Virus record (IMG/VR): IMGVR_UViG_2061766007_000472
Reading direction: 5' to 3' (one strand)
DNA length: 64,000 nucleotides
Origin: an uncultured virus (IMG/VR IMGVR_UViG_2061766007_000472)
Taxonomy: Duplodnaviria; Heunggongvirae; Uroviricota; Caudoviricetes
Numbering within the stretch: the first letter of the stretch is position 1; each line of letters starts with the position of its first letter. Position numbers and translations under genes: made by a program. This document shows, in pieces, positions 1 to 10,309 of this stretch. Below the pieces are notes generated by a model. That model searched no databases. It saw only the letters and a program-made list of their open reading frames with translations, and was not told the DNA's origin.

Positions 1-344
1 CCCTAACTCAAATGAACCTAAAGGAGAAATCCCTTACTGTTTCCGCAATAAGGACAAAATGGCTAAACTACTACTATCTCGAAAAGAGCAACCTCAAGAG
101 AATAAAAGCCAAAAAAGACGAAATAATAAAATCCAAGCTTGGCGCTGGAGTCGGAAAATCCGTCCTTCAAATGAAAAACGTGGACAAGATTTCACAAGAA
201 GACGAAACCCTCAGAAAACTAGACGCAATGAACGAAATAGTCAAAACCAATATAGACTTCCTTGAACACGCCATGAATATCCTGAACGATTTTCCGTTCA
301 CGATAAAGAACTCGATTGACTTGTTGAAGCTCGAGAGGATGTGA
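1..344 (+). CDS. UvsY-like recombination mediator (5' truncated by window edge)
   Basis: Helical basic protein (NLKEKSL..IRTKWLNYY..L..I) of UvsY size, near a UvsW helicase as in T4-like phages; ends TGA. Confidence 0.45.
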   Translation, partial: LTQMNLKEKSLTVSAIRTKWLNYYYLEKSNLKRIKAKKDEIIKSKLGAGVGKSVLQMKNVDKISQEDETLRKLDAMNEIVKTNIDFLEHAMNILNDFPFTIKNSIDLLKLERM

Positions 345-460
345 GGTATGCTCAAAAACCCGAGACATGTGAATCATAATCTGCTGAAGTATTCGGAACT
401 TGAAAGACCAGACTACATCCCAGACGGAAAAGTATTCAGGATTCTTTTCGNNNNNNNNNN

Positions 461-1243
461 CCCATATTGGCAGCTGTGTACTTCTATGCCATGCTCACGA
501 AATGGCCCTTCATGTCAGACAAATATGAACGTGAAAGGAATTTATCTACTATATCATCAGCCGTTATATTTTTCCCGAAAGCATTCAGGATTNNNNNNNN
601 NNTCGGAAGTTACGCCATCTTTCGAATAACTCCCCACTATTATTTCATTTAAAGTTCTAGTGGATTTTCTAACATCTACTGGGTCTTTAAATATGACATT
701 TTTTAATTTTTCCTATGAATTTACATCGAAATTACATACTTCATTAATATAGTCAATAAATTCTTCTAGTTGTTTGGCCTCATATGTCACATCTGGCGAT
801 AAAACATTTTGTGATATCGAATCTATCTTCCACGGTGAGAACATAAAATCTTTTATTGAAACATTTCCTTTTGTCTTATCAAAAATATCCGACGTAGATG
901 ATATGTCTTCGGCTGTAGGAGATATAGTATACGATGTATATGTAAAATTATCCAGTGAATTATTGTAATAAGGAAGTTTTGCCGCGTAGCAAACCCCTCC
1001 TCCGTTGATAATCTCGTAAACGGAATTGTAAAAATACTTCTCCGCCTCGTTCGTTGGATTCCCGTAAGTCCTGACAAACGTGTTCATGGTGTTAATCCAC
1101 CTCACGGTATAGTCGTCCCCTTTGTCCGCAAAACCGAATACCAGGGTGGTTGTTCCTATCGTACTGTTGTCGACCGTATGTTCGTAACTTGAACGGTCTA
1201 TTTCGTTTACTTCTATACCAGGTGCGTTTATTCTACGTGCCAT
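461..1243 (-). CDS. tail sheath protein, N-terminal part (TAG read-through; 3' end lost in gap)
   Basis: N-terminus MARRINAPGIEVNEIDRS...VFGFADKG...FVRTYGNP matches the sheath PG(V/I)xxxE-D motif. The frame stays open past the TAG at 713-715 (EKLKNVIFKDPVDVRK...); a compatible open frame continues beyond the 10-N gap to ~461. Confidence 0.7.
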
Positions 1244-1821
1244 GACTAAAATNNNNNNNNNNNNNNNNNNNNNNNNNNNNNNNNNNNNNNNNNNNNNNNN
1301 NNNNNNNNNNNNNNNNNNNNNNNNNNNNNNNNNNNNNNNNNNNNNNNNNNNNNNNNNNNNNNNNNNNNNNNNNNNNNNNNNNNNNNNNNNNNNNNNNNNN
1401 NNNNNNNNNNNNNNNNNNNNNNNNNNNNNNNNNNNNNNNNNNNNNNNNNNNNNNNNNNNNNNNNNNNNNNNNNNNNNNNNNNNNNNNNNNNNNNNNNNNN
1501 NNNNNNNNNNNNNNNNNNNNNNNNNNNNNNNNNNNNNNNNNNNNNNNNNNNNNNNNNNNNNNNNNNNNNNNNNNNNNNNNNNNNNNNNNNNNNNNNNNNN
1601 NNNNNNNNNNNNNNNNNNNNNNNNNNNNNNNNNNNNNNNNNNNNNNNNNNNNNNNNNNNNNNNNNNNNNNNNNNNNNNNNNNNNNNNNNNNNNNNNNNNN
1701 NNNNNNNNNNNNNNNNNNNNNNNNNNNNNNNNNNNNNNNNNNNNNNNNNNNNNNNNNNNNNNNNNNNNNNNNNNNNNNNNNNNNNNNNNNNNNNNNNNNN
1801 NNNNNNNNNNNNNNNNNNNNT

Positions 1822-3334
1822 TTGCAGGGAACCAAAGCTTTTAGAGTGCATGAGGGACGCGTTCTCTGACGACAACGCGTCGTATTTTTACGTTTCCCTT
1901 CATGGATACGACATAGACAAGAAAGTGTATCTTATAAACCAGTTCGGGTATTTCAAGCCTGGTTTGTTCTTCGACGTGGCGGCTTACATAAAAAACCATT
2001 TTGGAAACATGGACTGCCTTTACATGTCAAACCAGTTCAGGGAATACGTCTCGGACTACATCATACCGCTACGGAAATACGTTAAAAACATCGACAAGGA
2101 CTCTTTCGAGGTCATGAACATATGTGATGACAGCGGAAGGAACGAAAAACACCCTGGTGAAGAGATAAAAATGAGGGATTACCAGGAAGAGGGAGTTAGA
2201 AAAGCCATTTTTGAAGGATACGGAAGGGGTCTGGTCGAGCTTCCGACTTCAGCTGGAAAAAGCCTTGTCATCGCGAATTTCATATACACGATGGAAAAAA
2301 AGGTCCTAAGCGGACTTAAGTACCTTATATTTGTTCCAAACACTCAGCTCGTATCCCAGTTCTACAAAGACCTTATAAATTACGGATTCAATCCAAAAGA
2401 CGTGACCCAGCTCGTCACCAAAACCAAAGGCGGGGTTAAATTCGACCCGTCTGCAAAGGTCATAATATCCAACAGGCAGTACCTTTTCAAGAACAAAGAC
2501 AAGATTCCACANNNNNNNNNNNNNNNNNNNNNNNCAATAGAGATAGTAGACGGAATGGACTGCAAGATAAAGCTCGGGTTTTCCGCAACTCTTCCAAGGG
2601 GAAAATACGAGAGGCTGTCCCTTGCTGGCTCGTTCGGAAAGGTCCTGTTCGTCGAAGACATCACGAGCTTGCAGAAGAAGGGGTATATCTCAAAACTAGA
2701 GATTAACCTAGTTAAAATCAGAGACAAGTACGTCGCGTCAAACAGAAATCTCACGTTCAACGAGGATTCCGTCGTTAAATTCAGCCTGAACAACCCAATC
2801 GGAATAAAGTTCAACGAGGCTTTTGACGATGAAATTGCGTATATAAACGAAAATTACGGAAAACTCTACTCCCCGATAATATCCGAGATGGTGAACCTGG
2901 AAGGGAACACGCTAGTCCTGTTCGACAGGCTTGAGTTCGGAAAGAACATGTACGAGCTCACAAAGGGAATCTCGTTCGGAAGAGGCGTCTACTACATAGA
3001 CGGACAGACACCAGTGGAACAAAGGGAAGAAGCTAGGTCCAGACTAGAAAAGACGAACGACAACATCCTGTTCGGACAATGTTCAATCCTGTCGACTGGA
3101 ATAAACATAAAAAATCTTACGAATCTCGTGATGCTCGTTTCCACGAAGTCCTTTTCCAGGGTCATCCAGAGCATAGGAAGAACCCTCAGGCTCCACAAAG
3201 ACAAGGATACGGCAAGGTTGTTCGACATATCCTTCAACTTCAAGTACTCACAGAAGCATCTTGGGGAAAGGCTCAGGATTTACAAGACCATGTACCACAA
3301 GACGCCAGACACATCCCGCGTCATCGAGGTTTGA
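1822..3334 (+). CDS. uvsW: UvsW-like SF2 DNA helicase (start in gap)
   Basis: MRDYQ Q-motif, LPTSAGKS Walker A, GFSAT motif III, STGINIKNL, QSIGRTLR motif VI. Confidence 0.9.
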
Positions 3335-3340
3335 TAAAAC

Positions 3341-3371
3341 AAAAGAGGCCGCTATCCACGGCCTCTTCTTT
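3341..3371. terminator. bidirectional intrinsic terminator
   Basis: aagaggccg-ctatcca-cggcctctt hairpin with A/T flanks between convergent genes. Confidence 0.7.
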
Positions 3372-3392
3372 CAGAGAGAAAACCAGATTTTA

Positions 3393-4328
3393 TTACTTGA
3401 AGTACTTTTTGTTGGCCTTCACGAACTTCTTGATTGCCTGAATAGACTCGTTGAGCCTCTTGGTCTCGTCGTCTTCATCCTGGCACTTGGACTCTGGGAT
3501 GCGTCCGTTGTGCTGTCCTCCGTTAAGCGGGTCGTCTTCGTTGCACTCTCGTGACTCGCCCTCATGGATATCGTCTCCTCCGTTCATGAGCTCCCTTATT
3601 GGCCTACCCTTATTTTCGTCAACCTTTTCTTTCTCTCCGCCATCGGTTTTCTAGTCGTCGCTTTTGGTTTCTGGCTCAGAATCTTCGGTCTTTTCTGGCT
3701 CTTTGGTCTTGGCTGGTTCGAAATCCTCGCCTTCGGTCTTTTCTGGCTCTTCCGTTTTCTTTTCGCCTTCGTCGCCTTCGCCTGAATCTGCCTCTGCGAA
3801 AATTTCGCTTGCGCTCATTTTAGTGTTTTCAGCAGAATCTTCCTTGATTTCTCCCTTGTCCTTGATNNNNNNNNNNNNNNNNNNGCCGAAAAATTCCTTT
3901 ATCTCTTTCTCTGCATCGCCCTTTCCGTCCGAAACTTCCCCGTCATCTCCTTTGTCCTTAGATTCTGGGATGTGTCCGTTGTGCTGTCCTCCGTTAAGCG
4001 GGTCGTATTCGTCTACCTGCTCGCTTCCATCACCACCAACGCCTTTGCCATTTTCCTCTTCGTCGTTTTGTTCGCCGTCGGTCATTTTAAGAAATTCGTC
4101 TTTAGACAGCATTTTCTTCGCCGTCTTTCCGTCTTCGCTTTCACCCTCGTCAAATTCGAATTTCCCCTTGTCACACCCCTCATCGACTTTTTCTCCTCCG
4201 CATTCTGGGCAGTCTTTCTTGCCGCAGTCACAGCTCTCTCCTATGAGCTTTTTGTAGATACTGTCAAGTCTCTTGCTCTCAGAGATTGTCATTTTGTCGT
4301 ATTCTTTCAGAATATCAAGATACTTCAT
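3393..4328 (-). CDS. acidic low-complexity protein, probable internal head/prohead-core protein (TAG at 3651-3653 read through)
   Basis: ORFs 3651-4328 and 3393-3587 are in one frame separated only by a TAG. Duplicated motif DPLNGGQHNG(H/R)IPESK; GTAAATA motif upstream at 4363-4369. Confidence 0.6.
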
Positions 4329-4389
4329 GATTTTTTTTCCTTTAGTGGTTTGCTCTGATTGGTATTTACACAGAAAAAATATTTTTTCG

Positions 4390-6057
4390 TCATGTCAGCT
4401 TTATAATCTGCTGTTTTTTGTTTCCGAGACGGCAGTAAAGATTGTCGTTTATGGATACTAGAACGGTGTTAGACTCTCTGAATTTGTAGAAGCACTGACC
4501 ATTCTTGTTCTGTGTCGGACCGTCAATAGTTGTAGTCGTCAGCGAGTTCAGGCATTCCTCTATTTCACCCTTGGTTATCTCTTGGTCTTCGCATATCCTA
4601 CACGCCCTGTTGTCGAAGTTTACAAAATACAGTGCGTTATCGGTGGATTTCAGGTATTGAAGCCCAGAAGCCACAAGATTCTCGGATATCACCCTTTCGT
4701 CTTCTACGGTTGTGAGCTTGAAGCACATTTCCCTGCTGTCGACGTAATATAGTTCATATCCGTCAGTCACCAACATACATCCATCATGGAACTGGAATAT
4801 CTCAATCCACGAACCATCGTCTATGAATATGTTCCTTTCGTTCTTGGCTGGGTCGACCGCCCTTCTGTCGTGGTTTTTTATCTCCCTGTCATATCCGCCA
4901 TACACAGCGTCGTTTTCCGTTTCATCGTAGTTCGCTATTTTCCTCGCTATCTCCTCGTCGGCGTTGTTCAGGAAATCGATTCCTTCCTTAATCCTCTCGT
5001 CGTCTTCGTTTAACTCTGGGACTCCGTCGTCGTTGTCTATCCTTCTTTTTGCTTTGCATAGCCAAACGTATTTCCCCAGAAGTGGATTTATTCCGTCATT
5101 CGTTATTCTTTTGTCCGTACATTCAGTTATTTCGTACTGCTGTCTCGATTCCTGGTTCGGGAATCCTATGGTGACGACATCCCCCACGTCTGGATGTATC
5201 AGGTCCATGTACTTTCCAGTTTTTGTCGTGTCGTTAAAAAGTACCCCTCCGTGAAGTTTTCCATGAAGAATGAACTTGAATTCTCCGTCTCCGACTGGTA
5301 TTCTCTTGACTCTGTACGTCAGGAACAGTATGGTGTCCAGGAACCTGTCATTCTGAATCTTCCTCTTGAACGAATTCGCCGTATATACGTTCGTAGGAAT
5401 TTCTACCATTGCGTCTCCGTGTTCCAGGACGTTGCAAAGGACCGTTTTCTCATCGGACATTCCAGTCTATTCGTCAATCACATATGGACCTATTACGACA
5501 GAGAATCTTCCAGTAAGTATTTCGGTTTCAAACACATTCGGAAAGTTGAAGTCCACCGCATACGGGAATATGTCGTCTGAAAGACTGTATGTCCATTCCT
5601 CTCCTTCGTAGTTATACACAACTGCATCTGACAGGTTTTCTGGAACTTCCATTGAAAATTCTGTTTCTTTTACCTTGTATTCCTTAAGCTGGCCCATCTT
5701 GTTTGCAAGACAACATGCGAAATCCTGTCTGTCAAACCAGAAATTGACCGTCGTATTCGGTATTATTCCGTATTTGTCAAGCTGCAACAGGTCGTCCTGA
5801 ATCTCCATGTACGCTATCATCTTCGAGGAAATGGAATAATCTGGCTCCTCCTCGTATCCATAAGCATGTCTCAAGACCGTATTTTCGTCGACTATGGTCT
5901 TGAATTGCTCCATATACGGTATCTTGAGCTTGTAGTAGTTCACATCGACCCCGTACTGGCGTATGATGTCCCTGTAATAGTTTCCTATTACCGTCTGCTC
6001 CCTCTCCGTGTTGTTGAGATACCTTATTTCCCTGTTATTGTCTTGATACAGTGCCAT
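4390..6057 (-). CDS. neck/head-closure protein (T4 gp14-like N-terminus), 555 aa with TAG at 5467-5469
   Basis: YRDIIRQYGVDVNYYK resembles gp14; the two track ORFs are in frame across one TAG (VIDE*TGMSDEK). Confidence 0.6.
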
Positions 6058-6064
6058 TTAGGGA

Positions 6065-6098
6065 TATTTACCCCCGCAAAAACCATTCCGTATAATAT
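6065..6098. promoter_or_regulatory. back-to-back GTAAATA (- strand) and GTATAATAT (+ strand) promoter motifs
   Basis: tatttac at 6065-6071 and gtataatat at 6090-6098; the same arrangement recurs at 8535/8556, 38813/38833 and 63937/63965. Confidence 0.6.
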
Positions 6099-6129
6099 TT
6101 CAAAACTCACAAACCAGGAGAATGACAAC

Positions 6130-6640
6130 ATGAAGAATATTCTAATGACAATCGTTGCAGCTCTCGCCATGCTTTTTGCGGGATGCACCAAGGAACCAAC
6201 AGTAGAAGAGATGACTACAACCTCGACGGCGGTGGGCCGAGCGGCTGGATTTGTCGCAAACCAGACGAAAATCGACGACAAGTCCAGGGGGGTTGTAATC
6301 GAAATCGTTACGAAGGCGTCGGAAGTCACTCCGAAGGAAGACCAGTCTTTTGTGGACGCGTGGTCTCCAATAGCAAAGGAAGTGACCGACAAGCTTGTCG
6401 CAGAAGGCAAGATTGACCAGGGACAGGCAATCCTAGTGAACGGTGCTTTTGCAGTGGCCTGCAAGGGACTTGACTACCTCGTCACCGTAAGATACCCAAA
6501 GGTGAAGAAGTACGAGAATCTCGTTTCAGCTGGGGTCAAGGGATTCACTGNNNNNNNNNNNNNNNNNNNNNNNNNNNNNNNNNNNNNNNNNNNNNNNNNN
6601 NNNNNNNNNNNNNNNNNNNNNNNNNNNNNNNNNNNNNNNN
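6130..6640 (+). CDS. lipoprotein (end in gap)
   Basis: Signal peptide with lipobox MKNILMTIVAALAMLFAGC; caggag RBS upstream. Confidence 0.7.
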
Positions 6641-6643
6641 NNN

Positions 6644-6677
6644 AAAAGAAAGAGGCCAGGAATCCCTGGCCTCTTTT
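6644..6677. terminator. bidirectional intrinsic terminator
   Basis: aaagaggccagg-aatc-cctggcctcttt hairpin between convergent genes. Confidence 0.7.
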
Positions 6678-6701
6678 GATATATTTTAGACACTTTATAT
6701 A

Positions 6702-7382
6702 TTAGTAGTTTATCCCAGAAAGGTATGCTCCATACATGAGTTCCTTCAAATACAGGTCCCACGGTATGATTGCGAATCCCTTAGCACCCCATTTCCCCCA
6801 CTGATTCATGACATACGCTCCACGTTGGTCATACCCAACTATGTTCACGGCATGTCCGCCAAGCGTAGGACCGTAGCTTTTTAATACATAGNNNNNNNNN
6901 NNNNNNNNNNNNNNNNNCAGGAATCCGACCTGAAGGAAATCGTATTTATGTATTAGAAATTTCGTTTTCTCTATAGTATCCTGGTTTCTTCCGTTGGCAA
7001 ACGTCTCTATGCTTGCGTTTCTTAGGAAATCGAAGTCACATAACTCAAGAGCCGCCCTAAGAGCCGTCTCAAGGTACGTGCCGTCCATATCAATTTGTCC
7101 GTCAAGCTGCTTGGCCCTTGCATAAACCTGCTTCGAGTCAAGCTGTATCAGCTTGCCAGTCATCTTCCAGTACATCGATTCTATCAACGTACATGCGGAA
7201 TAACCAGCGCATGCTGGATAGTTCTCCTGGTTGTCGGTAGGTGCCATGAGGTGTTTGTTGTCAATCTTAAGTGGATTGACTATTCCATCGATTACTATCC
7301 CCTTGCTGTCGGTGTAATATGTTTTTATTATTACGCTGTCGTTTTTATACTTCCTCACCAGCTCTTCATTTACGCTTGACAT
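6702..7382 (-). CDS. papain-like (C1) cysteine peptidase
   Basis: NQENYPACAGYS (oxyanion Q, catalytic C), GGHAVNIVGY (H), MNQWG (N). Confidence 0.8.
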   Translation of the reverse strand: MSSVNEELVRKYKNDSVIIKTYYTDSKGIVIDGIVNPLKIDNKHLMAPTDNQENYPACAGYSACTLIESMYWKMTGKLIQLDSKQVYARAKQLDGQIDMDGTYLETALRAALELCDFDFLRNASIETFANGRNQDTIEKTKFLIHKYDFLQVGFLXXXXXXXXXYVLKSYGPTLGGHAVNIVGYDQRGAYVMNQWGKWGAKGFAIIPWDLYLKELMYGAYLSGINY

Positions 7383-7385
7383 GTA

Positions 7386-7598
7386 TTACCTCGCATTCTC
7401 TACCCTGTTGGTTGAAAAAATGAAGCTCTCCCACACATACACTTCCTCGTTGAATCCAGTTTGGGTCAATCCATTTGTTGGAGACTGGTAGTACTTGCCC
7501 CCGTCTCCATTGCCGTTTCCGTCAAAACCGATTTTGCACCCACACATCAGAAATGCGGAAAACGCAAAAACGGCAATAAATTTGAATATTTTTTTCAT
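7386..7598 (-). CDS. small lipoprotein
   Basis: MKKIFKFIAVFAFSAFLMCGC lipobox. Confidence 0.65.
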   Translation of the reverse strand: MKKIFKFIAVFAFSAFLMCGCKIGFDGNGNGDGGKYYQSPTNGLTQTGFNEEVYVWESFIFSTNRVENAR

Positions 7599-8082
7599 TA
7601 TTTCACCTCCACTCCAATTTCAGCACATCTGAAAAGCAACGACAAATCAGAAAGATGTTGCTGTTCTTCGTAAAGACACCTGAGAAGAAGCGGTTGAAGT
7701 TCATCAAACAACCACTCGTCGTTCAACGCCTCCTCGAATGATTTAATGGCCTCAAGTTCCCCTTCTATAGCAGCCTGGATGTAGTATAAAGCATTCNNNN
7801 NNNNNNNNNNNNNNNNNNNNNNNNNNNNNNNNNNNNNNNNNNNNNNNNNNNNNNNNNNNNNNNNNNNNNNNNNNNNNNNNNNNNNNNNNNNGACATGTTC
7901 ACCCAATGGTCGTTTATCTCATCAGACGCTATTTCCTTGAACTTCTTCTCTATAAGATACCTCTGCTCTGGCTTAACGCTTACTATCGCCCCATTGTATA
8001 AATTTGCGGCAACAACTTCCTCGGAAATCAGCTTATTCAGAATCTTCTGGGTGTTTTTTATGAGTTTTTCTTCGTCTTCCAT
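7598..8082 (-). CDS. ferritin-like di-iron four-helix protein
   Basis: SEEVVAANLY...DEINDH...ELEAIKSF...EEQQH carboxylate/His pattern; split by an N gap. Confidence 0.6.
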
Positions 8083-8083
8083 G

Positions 8084-8293
8084 TTATTTCTCCACTTTCT
8101 TCAGCAACCTGTACATCGTTCCATTTGACAGAACCCAAATTTGCTATCCTCTTTTTAGTTCTATCCCGTCCGTTTTTTCCTTAAATTCATTTACTGTGGA
8201 GTAACGTCCCTCCCAAGGTTCCACAGTAGGAACCTAAACAGATGTACAGCCGCACAAAATAGATAAAATTGCAATACAGATAATTTTTTTCAT
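8084..8293 (-). CDS. small lipoprotein with two in-frame TAGs, o-spanin candidate (absent from ORF track)
   Basis: MKKIICIAILSILCGC-TSV*VPTVEPWEGRY...KRG*QIWVLSNG...VEK-TAA; start overlaps the stop of the upstream gene (ATGA). Confidence 0.65.
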
Positions 8294-8530
8294 AGATTTA
8301 TCAAATCCTCCACCGTTCCGTTGTCACAAGCGTCTTTTATTTTCTCGTTTTCCTGTTTAAGCTCCTGTTTTTCCTTTTCCTTTTTCATCTCCTCCTTTTC
8401 CTCTTTTTTCTCTTCCCTTAGAAAATTCATGTACTTGAGGAATTCCTTCAGGACAGACATAAGGCCGAGAAGGACATTGCTTAGTTTAGCACCAAGAGCG
8501 TTTATCAATGTGATTACTACGTTTTTCACA
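8290..8530 (-). CDS. small protein with hydrophobic N-terminus and coiled coil, i-spanin candidate
   Basis: VVITLINALGAKLSNVLLGLMSVL followed by an E/K-rich coiled coil; GTAAATA at 8535-8541; start codon uncertain. Confidence 0.45.
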
Positions 8531-8591
8531 TTCTTATTTACCTTGCATTGTTTTTGTATAATATTCAAAGAAACGAAATTCAGGAACAAAC

Positions 8592-10229
8592 ATGGCAAAA
8601 ATAATCAACTACAATACTGATTTCCACAACAAGATTCTTGACGGAATAGACAAGGCCGAGAGATGCGTATGCTCCACCCTTGGTCCGTCTGGGCGTCCAG
8701 TCCTCATGAACGACGGAAGACAGACAAGGCTCACAAAGGACGGAATAACGGTTTTCAATTCAATAGAACTTGACGACCCAATAGAAAATTCAGCAGTAAC
8801 GGCACTAAGGGAAGCCTCGTCTAAGGTCGCAAAGGAAGCTGGCGACGGAACTACAACCGTAACCGCTCTAGGTGCCGCAATCTACAGGAAGGGCCTTAAG
8901 TACACCTCAATGAGCGCAAACCCAATCCAGATAAAGAACGGAATCGATAAGGCTGCTAGGAAGGTAATAGAAATCCTAAAGGCGAAGTCAACCAAAATAT
9001 CCTCCAAAGAAGACATAAAGAAGGTGTGCCTTATTTCGTCAAATGGAGATGAAAAGGTTTCCGACGTCATTTCAGAGGTGTTCACAAAGCTCGGGACCGA
9101 CGCAACAATACAAATTGAGGAATCTGGCTCTGAAATCGGATACGAGATAGTTGACGGTTTTCAATTGCAGAATTCTGGATATCTTTCCCCGTTCTTCTGC
9201 ACGTCCGACGACATGACATGCAACTTCACGAACGCATACGTCCTAATAGTCGACGGAAAGATAACTAACATCAACAGTATCCTTCCCACGTTGCAGGCAG
9301 TGATTGAGGACAAAATCCCTTTACTAATCATAGCTGACTCGGTTGAATCGGAAGTTATGTCCATGCTCATCATGAACAGGATACAACGCGGACTTCAGGT
9401 TTGCTGCATAAAGGCACCCAGTTACGGAGAGTACAGGAAGGCAATCTACAGGGATATCGCCGCCCTCACAAATGGTCGTGTTGTTTCTGAAGAGACTGGA
9501 ATTTCTTTCGACGAAGCCGTTCCAAGCGATACAAATCCAGTCCTCGGAGTCGCAAAGATGGTTTCTGTGTCAAAGGAAGCAACTACAATCGTTGGGTGTG
9601 GAGACAACAAAGACGAGCTCGAAAACTACATAAAGGGATTGAAATCCCAGATTGACATGAGCAAAGACGACTTTGAAATAAAGAAAATGACCGAAAGATA
9701 CGCAAGGCTCACCAACGGAATAGGAAAGATATGCATTTCCGCTCCGAGCGAACTGGAACTCAGGGAACTTCACGACAGAACAGAGGACGCATTCTGTGCG
9801 GCCAAGGCGGCGATAGCGGAAGGAATTGTTCCAGGCGGAGGCTCTTCCCTCCTACTTGCGAAGAAGGAGCTCGAAAACTGGAAGGAGCTCGGAACGTTCG
9901 GAAACGTCACCGAAGACGAAGCCATAGGCATAAACATACTTCTGGATTCATTGGAGGCACCTTGCAGGAGAATCCTCGAGAACGCTGGGCTCGACTCTTC
10001 GTACATAGTCTCCAAGATTATTGAGACCACAGGAATAACGAACATAGGTTACAACGTATTGACCAAAAACCTCGCCGACATGGTATCCGACGGAGTGATA
10101 GACCCGTGTTTAGTAGAGTGTTCAGCCGTCCTCAACGCGGCATCCGTGGCTGGACTACTTCTTACATCGTCTGCATGCATAGTAAGGAAACCAGAGAAAC
10201 CCAGCACTCAAGGTTTCCAGAATACCTAA
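8592..10229 (+). CDS. groEL: chaperonin GroEL
   Basis: TLGPSGR, TKDGITV, AGDGTTT, GIVPGGG, GVIDP motifs; 545 aa. Confidence 0.95.
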   Translation: MAKIINYNTDFHNKILDGIDKAERCVCSTLGPSGRPVLMNDGRQTRLTKDGITVFNSIELDDPIENSAVTALREASSKVAKEAGDGTTTVTALGAAIYRKGLKYTSMSANPIQIKNGIDKAARKVIEILKAKSTKISSKEDIKKVCLISSNGDEKVSDVISEVFTKLGTDATIQIEESGSEIGYEIVDGFQLQNSGYLSPFFCTSDDMTCNFTNAYVLIVDGKITNINSILPTLQAVIEDKIPLLIIADSVESEVMSMLIMNRIQRGLQVCCIKAPSYGEYRKAIYRDIAALTNGRVVSEETGISFDEAVPSDTNPVLGVAKMVSVSKEATTIVGCGDNKDELENYIKGLKSQIDMSKDDFEIKKMTERYARLTNGIGKICISAPSELELRELHDRTEDAFCAAKAAIAEGIVPGGGSSLLLAKKELENWKELGTFGNVTEDEAIGINILLDSLEAPCRRILENAGLDSSYIVSKIIETTGITNIGYNVLTKNLADMVSDGVIDPCLVECSAVLNAASVAGLLLTSSACIVRKPEKPSTQGFQNT

Positions 10230-10309
10230 CATTTCCACGAAAGCCATCGTTTGGAATCCTTCAAAGCGTCGNNNNNNNNNNNNNNNNNNNNNNNNNNNNN
10301 NNNNNCAAA

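Noticed and set aside
348..652. + strand ORFs 348-629 and 467-652 as real genes
   Set aside because: Sequence right of the gap at 451-460 reads well as the minus-strand sheath gene. 348-450 may be the true N-terminus of UvsW or another gene, so 461-1252 may be a misplaced scaffold piece.
461..1252. Tail-sheath fragment inserted between uvsY and uvsW as an inversion or mobile event
   Set aside because: Bounded by N gaps on both sides; a scaffolding artefact is the simpler explanation.
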